Below, in pieces: positions 21,030-27,875 of a DNA stretch of 64,000 bases (within the stretch, counting starts at the first letter, position 1; the number at the start of each line of letters is the position of its first letter). A model generated the notes under the pieces. That model searched no databases, was not told where the DNA came from, and saw nothing but the letters and a program-made list of their open reading frames with translations. Made by a program: the position numbers and the translations under genes. The stretch lies in contig PTKX01000004.1 in the NCBI GenBank assembly GCA_002938195.1, forward strand, positions 5,794-69,793, read 5' to 3'. Source of the stretch: Alphaproteobacteria bacterium MarineAlpha5_Bin7. GTDB lineage: Bacteria; Pseudomonadota; Alphaproteobacteria; HIMB59; GCA-002718135.

Positions 21030-22488
21030 CTTAACTAAAGGTTCCAAGTATGAGTGGGAAACAATTATTGGATTGGAAATACATGCTCAAATTTCTTCTA
21101 AATCAAAATTATTTAGTTCTTCTTCAACAAAATTTGGTTCTGAACCTAATACACAAGTATCTTTAGTTGATGCAGCAATGCCTGGAATGCTTCCGGTAAT
21201 TAATGAACATTGCATAAGACAAGCTATTAAAACTGGATTAGGCCTTAATGCTAAAATAAATAAATTTTCTATCTTCGATAGAAAAAATTACTTTTATCCT
21301 GATTTACCTCAGGGTTATCAAATTAGCCAATATAAGCATCCTATTGTTGGCGAAGGAGTTGTTACAATTGATTTTAAAGATGGTTCATCAAAAAATATAA
21401 GAATTACTAGATTGCATCTAGAGCAGGATGCAGGAAAAAGTTTACATGACCAAAATCCTCAAAAAACATATGTAGATCTTAATAGATCAGGAGTAGCTTT
21501 AATGGAAATAGTAAGCGAACCAGATATGAGAAGTTCAGAAGAAGCTTCAATATTTATTACAAAATTAAGATCTATTCTTATGTATCTTGGAGTTTGTGAC
21601 GGTAATATGCAAGAAGGATCTTTAAGGGCGGATGTCAACATATCTGTCAGAAAAATAGATAGTGATCTTGGTACTCGTTGTGAAATAAAGAATTTAAATT
21701 CAATTAAATTTATAAAACAAGCAATTGAATTTGAGTCTAAAAGACAAATTAAAATATTGGAAGAAGGGGGAATAATAGAGCAAAATACACTTTTATTTGA
21801 TTCAACTACAGGAAAAACAAAATCTATGAGAAGTAAAGAAGAGGCTCATGATTATAGATATTTTCCTGATCCAGATTTGCTTCCTCTGAAATTAGAAGAT
21901 TCTTATATAGATTTAATCAAAAAAGAAATTCCTGAACTTCCTGATAATAGAAAAAATAGATATAAAAATGATTACGGTTTGTCTAATTATGATTCTTCTA
22001 TACTAACATCTGAAAAATCAGTTTCAGATTTTTTTGATAAAGTTATTAATATTAATACAAACTTAAAAAAAGAAGCAAAACTAGTTGTTAATTGGATCAC
22101 AAGTGAACTTTTTGCATTTTTAAAAAAAGATAACAAAAGTATTGAAGACTCACCTATTTCACCTGAAAACTTTGGAAAACTAATTCAACTAATAATCTCA
22201 GATAAAATTTCAGGTAAAATTGCTAAAGATGTTTTTGAAGAAATGTATAAATTTAATAAATCTCCCGATATCATTGTTCAAGAAAAAGGATTAAACCAAG
22301 TAAGTGATACTAAAGAAATAGAAAAAATTATTAATAATATAATTGATACGAATCAAGACAGGGTTAAAGAGTATAAAGCTGGAAAAAACAAGCTTTTAGG
22401 TTTTTTTGTTGGTCTTGCAATGAAAGAATCTAAAGGTAGAGCAAATCCAAAAATCTTAAATAAAATTTTAATTGAAAAACTTAAATAA
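21022..22488 (+). CDS. gatB: Asp/Glu-tRNA amidotransferase subunit B
   Basis: 'IGLEIHAQ', '[14 protein letters not shown]' and 'LEQDAGKS' motifs, plus a C-terminal GatB/YqeY domain. Confidence 0.95.
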   Translation: MNNLTKGSKYEWETIIGLEIHAQISSKSKLFSSSSTKFGSEPNTQVSLVDAAMPGMLPVINEHCIRQAIKTGLGLNAKINKFSIFDRKNYFYPDLPQGYQISQYKHPIVGEGVVTIDFKDGSSKNIRITRLHLEQDAGKSLHDQNPQKTYVDLNRSGVALMEIVSEPDMRSSEEASIFITKLRSILMYLGVCDGNMQEGSLRADVNISVRKIDSDLGTRCEIKNLNSIKFIKQAIEFESKRQIKILEEGGIIEQNTLLFDSTTGKTKSMRSKEEAHDYRYFPDPDLLPLKLEDSYIDLIKKEIPELPDNRKNRYKNDYGLSNYDSSILTSEKSVSDFFDKVININTNLKKEAKLVVNWITSELFAFLKKDNKSIEDSPISPENFGKLIQLIISDKISGKIAKDVFEEMYKFNKSPDIIVQEKGLNQVSDTKEIEKIINNIIDTNQDRVKEYKAGKNKLLGFFVGLAMKESKGRANPKILNKILIEKLK

Positions 22489-22489
22489 A

Positions 22490-22825
22490 TTATAAAAAAA
22501 GTATTCTGAGGCTAAATAGTCTGTATGATAATAGTAACAAAGTTATAATTATCCAAATAACTCTCCCTTTGTATGCTTCCGCGGATCTCCATATTCCAAC
22601 AGTTATAAAAACTGTCCATAAAAAAATTATTACTTTACTTAGAATATTATAACTTGAAAAATTGAGAAAAGGTAATTGTTGATATAGTTCAATATTATTA
22701 AAAAATCTTATTTCTATATTGTAAATGATTAAAATCATTAATGAATTAAATAATTCACCGATAAACCAATAAGCTTTCCATAATGGCACCTTGCCATACC
22801 AAAATTTTATGATTAAATTACTCAT
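22490..22825 (-). CDS. hypothetical small membrane protein (about 3 TM)
   Basis: Hydrophobic segments and a 'GIWRSAEAY' motif. I recognise no family. Confidence 0.5.
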   Translation of the reverse strand: MSNLIIKFWYGKVPLWKAYWFIGELFNSLMILIIYNIEIRFFNNIELYQQLPFLNFSSYNILSKVIIFLWTVFITVGIWRSAEAYKGRVIWIIITLLLLSYRLFSLRILFL

Positions 22826-22829
22826 TAAT

Positions 22830-22855
22830 ATTCTATATATATCAATTTATAGAAT
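22830..22855. promoter_or_regulatory. candidate operator: 8-bp perfect inverted repeat ATTCTATA-N10-TATAGAAT
   Basis: It lies in the 72-nt divergent spacer between the 111-aa and 159-aa genes. The half-site ATAGAAT recurs as a direct repeat at 22860-22866. Confidence 0.2.
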
Positions 22856-22897
22856 TGTAATAGAATAGAACTGTCAACTGTGATTTGGTGAAATATT

Positions 22898-23377
22898 TTG
22901 TTTAAATTATCATTTAGTGAATATATTAAAATATTAATTATATTTTTGGTATTATTGATAGTTTTATTAATAACATTCATTAAATATGATTCAAATTTTA
23001 AAACAGAATACACACTAGAAAACCACTACAAGATTAAAGAAATTATATCTAAAAATTTAAACCAATGCAATACTGATAATATAGATTTAAATAAAAAATT
23101 TATTGTTGATAAAAGTTTAATTTGTAAACTTGAAATTAATAATAATAACTTTATCAATTTAACAGAAATTTTTGTAAATTTATTTAAGATTCATAATATA
23201 TGCAATATATACAAAAATGATATTAATAAAAAATGTTTACCAGCAGTTTTGTTTAGAAATGATATAGAACAAACTTTAATTGGTGAATCATCATTATCAA
23301 TAATAGATAATAGACTTCATATTCATACAAAAATAAATTCTAATGAAAATGTAACAAATATTATTAATTTAAATTGA
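22898..23377 (+). CDS. hypothetical N-terminally anchored/secreted protein with 4 Cys
   Basis: TTG is the only plausible start after an in-frame TGA at 22889. There is a single N-terminal hydrophobic helix and an Asn/Ile-rich body with two Cys pairs. Confidence 0.45.
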   Translation: MFKLSFSEYIKILIIFLVLLIVLLITFIKYDSNFKTEYTLENHYKIKEIISKNLNQCNTDNIDLNKKFIVDKSLICKLEINNNNFINLTEIFVNLFKIHNICNIYKNDINKKCLPAVLFRNDIEQTLIGESSLSIIDNRLHIHTKINSNENVTNIINLN

Positions 23378-23422
23378 TAATCTAAATAAATTACTAATTT
23401 TCTAAACTTTTTTTCTAATAAA

Positions 23423-23431
23423 TGATATAAT
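23423..23431 (+). promoter_or_regulatory. candidate extended -10 promoter element TGATATAAT
   Basis: A perfect TGnTATAAT ends 6 nt before the ATG at 23438 and no SD lies between them. This would make the mRNA leaderless. Confidence 0.3.
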
Positions 23432-23437
23432 TATTAA

Positions 23438-24127
23438 ATGTCAGCTGAAGTTTTTGATTTTTTTCCCTTATCTGTTTTTAAAGATAAAATCATTCTATCT
23501 AATAGTGAAAAAAATTTAATTAAAAAATTTATTATAGACTCAGAGGAAAAAAGTAAAAAAGTAATTAAAAGAAAAGGTGATGCTTGGCTTGGCGATACAA
23601 GAGGTCAAGAATTTTTATTAAAAAATAATATTATGAATAACCTTACTAATTTAATTAGTCAAAAAATTAAATTATATACAGAAATGTTAAGTCTAGATAA
23701 TGATAAACTTATTTTTTTCTACCAAAGATCTTGGGCTACAATCACAAAAACTAATGAACGTATACAGCCACATAGTCATGATCAATCAAATATAAGTTTT
23801 GCATATTATTTAACAAAACCAAAAAACTCTGGTAATATTAGATTCATTACCGAACCTCAGAATGAAATCGCCAAGGGTTTATTTCATAAAGAAAAATTAG
23901 ATTTAGGACTATTAAAAAAAGTTAACAAGAGAAATACTCCTAATATTGATTTGCATATCGAAGAAGATAACATAGTTATTTTTCCTTCCAAAACGAAGCA
24001 TGCAACTATTCCAAGTACAAGTAATGATACGAGAATTTCTATATCTGGAGATGTGATCATTATGTTAAAAGATAGTTTTGGTCATGAAAGACTAATGCCT
24101 CACTTTGATAATTGGCAAGAATTTTAA
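23438..24127 (+). CDS. putative 2OG-Fe(II) oxygenase superfamily protein (TIGR02466-like)
   Basis: 'PHSHDQSNISFAYYL', 'IVIFPSKTKHA' and 'TRISISGD' match the His/acid...His...Arg-x-Ser layout of double-stranded beta-helix oxygenases. Confidence 0.55.
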   Translation: MSAEVFDFFPLSVFKDKIILSNSEKNLIKKFIIDSEEKSKKVIKRKGDAWLGDTRGQEFLLKNNIMNNLTNLISQKIKLYTEMLSLDNDKLIFFYQRSWATITKTNERIQPHSHDQSNISFAYYLTKPKNSGNIRFITEPQNEIAKGLFHKEKLDLGLLKKVNKRNTPNIDLHIEEDNIVIFPSKTKHATIPSTSNDTRISISGDVIIMLKDSFGHERLMPHFDNWQEF

Positions 24128-24136
24128 CTAATGCAT

Positions 24137-25582
24137 TTATTTAGATGGAATAATATTTTCTTTTTTTAATTCTTTTATTAATCCTTCTGAGATAAATTTA
24201 TATCCGTTTACGTTAAAATGATCTTCATATAGTAAAAATGGCCTTGGATGGTTTATTAAAACCTTTGTATGTAAATCTATAACCGGTATATTTAATTTAT
24301 TTGTTGTTTCAAATACATGCTTACTTATAGGATGACGCGATGCATTTTTATAATAAGAGGATTTGTAAGGAATATAAACCAAATACATTTTCCCTTCCCA
24401 GCTAGAAACTAATTTTTTTGCATTTTTTAGAATATGTTCGAATTCTTTTATTGGGGTATCTTCATTTAATAGCCAGGGATGTGGTACGCTAGGAGGCAAA
24501 GTAAATAGTTTAATATAATCTAGAATTCCTAATCTTTTTCTCAATTTAGTTAATTTAGTAAAGTAAATAATATTTTTTACAATTCTATTACTATTAAATT
24601 TTTTTACTTCATTAAAATTTTTAGAACTTTGATTTATGTTTTTTAGGAATTTAATTTCTTTATTTTTGAGATATTTTTTTAATATAAAATCAATTTGTTT
24701 TTGTTTAAATATTAATTTTTGAGAATAATTCTCATCATTCATGTATTTAACTAATGTTGATGACTTTAATTCTGTTTTTAAATCATTTATATCATTTTCA
24801 AAAAAAAACCAAAGAACAACCTTTGGTTTTAAAATTTCAGCATATTCTTTAATTGAAGCTAATTGCATTAAGGGACCACTACCCCCTCGTGCGATACTTA
24901 GCGTATTATAATTTGATTTTCTTAATGATGCTTGGATACTATCTTCTGAATTAACTGAGACACCTTCTGCAAAAGAGTCTCCCACCATTATTATATCTAT
25001 TTTTTTATTATCATCATAAATTCCTTTAGGATTATTAAATCCATACTCATCATATGCAATGATTGGATTATATCCATGCTCATTATTTGAAATTGATGTT
25101 ATATTTCCAATACCATTAATAGGGAAAATAATTTCTTCCTTATATTTTAATCCATTTATTGTTGAGATGTTTTCAAGTAAATTTTTTGGAAAATAATTTA
25201 GATAAGCATCAATATTTTTATTTCTTAAATCATTTAAAATATTGATTTGATGAATTATAGTATTATTTTTTATTTTATTTAATTTATCGAAATTCCATAA
25301 GTAAAATTCAAAAATATATAATGAAATAATAATCGTTGATAAAAGTAATGAAACATTTATTTTTTTATTATGATCTAATTTCAAACAGAAAATAAAAAAA
25401 AATATTAAAAATAAAGAAATAATTAAATATATTGTATAATATTCAGGTGAAATACTAACTGTTGCATGTTGATAAAAATATATTTGAGGATTAAAGGTTC
25501 TGTAAATTGAATAACATAAAACAAAAATAGAAAATAAGAGTCCGAATATAAAGATAATATTAGAAAACTTAAAAATGCGCAT
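24137..25582 (-). CDS. membrane-anchored SGNH/GDSL-like hydrolase or acyltransferase
   Basis: Three N-terminal TM segments, then 'MVGDSFAEG' (block I), 'ARGGSGP', 'FFENDINDL' and 'EDHFNVNGY' (block V-like). Confidence 0.55.
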   Translation of the reverse strand: MRIFKFSNIIFIFGLLFSIFVLCYSIYRTFNPQIYFYQHATVSISPEYYTIYLIISLFLIFFFIFCLKLDHNKKINVSLLLSTIIISLYIFEFYLWNFDKLNKIKNNTIIHQINILNDLRNKNIDAYLNYFPKNLLENISTINGLKYKEEIIFPINGIGNITSISNNEHGYNPIIAYDEYGFNNPKGIYDDNKKIDIIMVGDSFAEGVSVNSEDSIQASLRKSNYNTLSIARGGSGPLMQLASIKEYAEILKPKVVLWFFFENDINDLKTELKSSTLVKYMNDENYSQKLIFKQKQIDFILKKYLKNKEIKFLKNINQSSKNFNEVKKFNSNRIVKNIIYFTKLTKLRKRLGILDYIKLFTLPPSVPHPWLLNEDTPIKEFEHILKNAKKLVSSWEGKMYLVYIPYKSSYYKNASRHPISKHVFETTNKLNIPVIDLHTKVLINHPRPFLLYEDHFNVNGYKFISEGLIKELKKENIIPSK

Positions 25583-25864
25583 TATAAATTAACAAGAATG
25601 ATATTATTATAAAGTAGGTTATAACACTGTTAGAAGAAATAATTGCTATTCTATTTAATTGCTTTTTCATTACTATAATTAGAATTATATTAAACTTTTC
25701 ATATTTTGAATTAATACTTATTGCTATGTTTTATAATTTATTTCAACATAGAATTTATTATGATATGGTGTTAAAGTTTCACTTATCAATAGAAAGAGTG
25801 TATAAGTAAAATAAATAGAAAACATGAGGTTTTTATTAAAATAATTAACTAAGAATAAGAGTAT

Positions 25865-25956
25865 GGAGAGATGGGTGAGTGGCTTAAACCACAGGTTTGC
25901 TAAACCTGCGAAGGAAGTAATTCCTTCCGAGGGTTCGAATCCCTCTCTCTCCGCCA
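25865..25956 (+). tRNA. tRNA-Ser (anticodon GCU)
   Basis: Cloverleaf read by eye: acceptor GGAGAGA/TCTCTCC, anticodon arm CAGGT-TTGCTAA-ACCTG, long variable arm, T-arm GAGGG-TTCGAAT-CCCTC, and encoded GCCA 3' end. Confidence 0.92.
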
Positions 25957-25965
25957 GGAAAAATA

Positions 25966-26838
25966 ATGTTTAGCGGAAGTATACCAGCGTTAATAACGCC
26001 CTTTAAAAATGGAGAAATTGACTTTAATGCATTTAGTAATTTAATTGAATGGTCAATAGCAAAAGGATCGCATGGATTTGTTCCTTGTGGCACGACAGGT
26101 GAATCTCCAACTCTAAGTCAAGATGAGCATATTAAAATTGTAAATGAGTGTATAAAAACAGTTGATAAAAGAGTTCCAGTTATAGCAGGTACTGGATCTA
26201 ATAATACAATTGAAGCTATTGAATTTACAAAACAAGCAGAGCTTTCTGGGGCAGACGGAGCATTAGTAGTTACTCCTTATTACAACAAACCTACTCAACA
26301 AGGTCTGTATTTACATTATCAAAGCATAGCTCAATCTACAAAACTTCCAATTATTATTTATAATATACCTGGTAGATCGGTAATTGACATGAGTATTGAT
26401 ACAATGATTAAATTATCAAAAATACCTAATATAATAGGTGTAAAAGATGCCACAAATGATCTTTTTAGACCTTTGTTAACTAGAGCAGAAATGAAAAGTA
26501 ATTTTTGTTACTTATCAGGCGAAGATGGAACAGCTCTTGCTTTTTTAGCACAGGGAGGTAACGGATGTATATCAGTCACAGCTAATATCGCACCAAAATT
26601 ATGCTCTGATATGCATATATATTGGCAAGAACGTCAAATTGATAAAGCTCTTGAATTAAATTATAAAATGGCAAAATTACACAATGCTTTGTTTTGTGAA
26701 ACTAGTCCTGGACCAGTTAAATTTGCTGCTGAGTTATTAAATTTATGTAGTTCAGAAACGAGACTACCTCTAGCGCCAATAGCAGAAACAACAAAGTCTT
26801 TGGTTAGAACTTGTATGAAAGAATTAGATTTAATTTAA
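25966..26838 (+). CDS. dapA: 4-hydroxy-tetrahydrodipicolinate synthase
   Basis: 'ALITPF' and 'GTTGESPTLS' motifs in a typical 290-aa DapA. It starts 9 nt after the tRNA-Ser 3' end. Confidence 0.93.
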   Translation: MFSGSIPALITPFKNGEIDFNAFSNLIEWSIAKGSHGFVPCGTTGESPTLSQDEHIKIVNECIKTVDKRVPVIAGTGSNNTIEAIEFTKQAELSGADGALVVTPYYNKPTQQGLYLHYQSIAQSTKLPIIIYNIPGRSVIDMSIDTMIKLSKIPNIIGVKDATNDLFRPLLTRAEMKSNFCYLSGEDGTALAFLAQGGNGCISVTANIAPKLCSDMHIYWQERQIDKALELNYKMAKLHNALFCETSPGPVKFAAELLNLCSSETRLPLAPIAETTKSLVRTCMKELDLI

Positions 26839-26850
26839 TATTCAAAAATA

Positions 26851-27297
26851 ATGCAAGTAATATCTGCTAATAAAAAAGCAAATTTTGATTATCTTATTAA
26901 AGAGAAGTATGAAGCTGGATTGGTTTTAACAGGATCTGAAGTTAAATCACTTAGAATTAATACAGGTTCAATTAAAGAATCCTATATAATTGAAAAAAAA
27001 GGGGAGCTTTGGTTATCCAATTGTTATATAAAAAAATATGCTTCTTCCTCATCCAAACTTATTGATGATAAAAGACAAAGAAAAATACTGGTTCATAAAA
27101 AAGAATTAAATAAAATTTTAGGTTCAATAAAGCGCGAAGGCATGACAGGAATACCTCTACTTCTTTATTTCAACAAAAAAGGACTCGCAAAGCTTACTAT
27201 TGGCATTGGAAAAGGTAAGAAAAAGCAAGATAAAAGACTAGCAATTAAATCAAAAGAATGGGGAATTAGAAAGCAAAGACTTGAAAAAAATAAGTAA
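26851..27297 (+). CDS. smpB: SsrA-binding protein
   Basis: 'NKKANFDYLIKEKYEAGLVLTGSEVKSLR' and a basic C-terminal tail. Confidence 0.93.
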   Translation: MQVISANKKANFDYLIKEKYEAGLVLTGSEVKSLRINTGSIKESYIIEKKGELWLSNCYIKKYASSSSKLIDDKRQRKILVHKKELNKILGSIKREGMTGIPLLLYFNKKGLAKLTIGIGKGKKKQDKRLAIKSKEWGIRKQRLEKNK

Positions 27298-27311
27298 ATT
27301 TAGGTATTTTA

Positions 27312-27339
27312 TTTACTTTTTTTTTATTTTCACTATAAG
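27312..27339 (+). promoter_or_regulatory. candidate sigma-70-type promoter TTTACT-N16-TATAAG for rpoZ
   Basis: The -10-like hexamer ends 5 nt before the rpoZ ATG and no SD is visible. This is compatible with a leaderless or very short leader transcript. Confidence 0.25.
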
Positions 27340-27344
27340 CTGTC

Positions 27345-27827
27345 ATGGCCAGAATTACGGTAGAAGATTGTATAGATAAATTTCCAAGTAGATTTGAACT
27401 TGTTTTAATAGCATCACAAAGAGCAAGAAAACTTTACTCTGGAGAAACTCCTAAAATAGATAGAGATAATGATAAAAATACTGTCATAGCATTAAGAGAA
27501 ATAGCCAATCTATCTCAGACTGTAGATGAAATGAAAGAAAATCTTATTCAAGAGTATGAAACAGTTACTTTGAAAGATGAGGAAGAAGAAAATTTAGAGT
27601 TAGATTCATCTGAAAATGAAAATAATGATGATAGTGACAAAATTGAATCCGAAGATTCAAGCAAGCAAATTGAGGAAGAAATAAAAGCCTTTACGGCATC
27701 TGAAGATAGTGAAATAGAACAACAATATAATATTGAAAATGACACAGAAACTTCACAAGAAAAGTTGTCATCTGATAATGAGGAATCCAAAACTTCTGAG
27801 AATGAAGAATCTGAAACTTCTTTATAG
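27345..27827 (+). CDS. rpoZ: DNA-directed RNA polymerase omega subunit with long acidic C-terminal extension
   Basis: The N-terminal ~70 aa 'MARITVEDC...[15 protein letters not shown]' is canonical omega. The remaining ~88 aa are Glu/Asp/Ser/Asn-rich. Confidence 0.88.
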   Translation: MARITVEDCIDKFPSRFELVLIASQRARKLYSGETPKIDRDNDKNTVIALREIANLSQTVDEMKENLIQEYETVTLKDEEEENLELDSSENENNDDSDKIESEDSSKQIEEEIKAFTASEDSEIEQQYNIENDTETSQEKLSSDNEESKTSENEESETSL

Positions 27828-27875
27828 TTTTTTATTTTTTTTTTATAAATTTATTTAATTAGAAAAATAATTATA

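Noticed and set aside
22825-23013. A 62-aa minus-strand ORF spanning the divergent spacer and the 5' end of the 159-aa gene.
   Set aside because: It overlaps the better-supported plus-strand ORF, has no signal or motif, and would abut the 111-aa gene's start codon. It is likely spurious.
25583-25864. Possible tmRNA (smpB is nearby), another structured RNA, or a decayed tRNA in the 282-nt spacer.
   Set aside because: There is no T-arm-like GGTTCGA element, no G+C-rich helices and no tag-peptide reading frame. The stretch is extremely A+T-rich, which argues against a large structured RNA. A small sRNA cannot be excluded.
22490-25956. A tRNA-Ser-targeted integrative island.
   Set aside because: There is no integrase, excisionase or transposase, and I could find no direct repeat of the tRNA 3' end by eye. 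The patch lies on the 5' side of the tRNA rather than downstream of its 3' end.
25884-26093. A 69-aa minus-strand ORF.
   Set aside because: It runs antisense through tRNA-Ser and the conserved dapA N-terminus, so it is an artefact.
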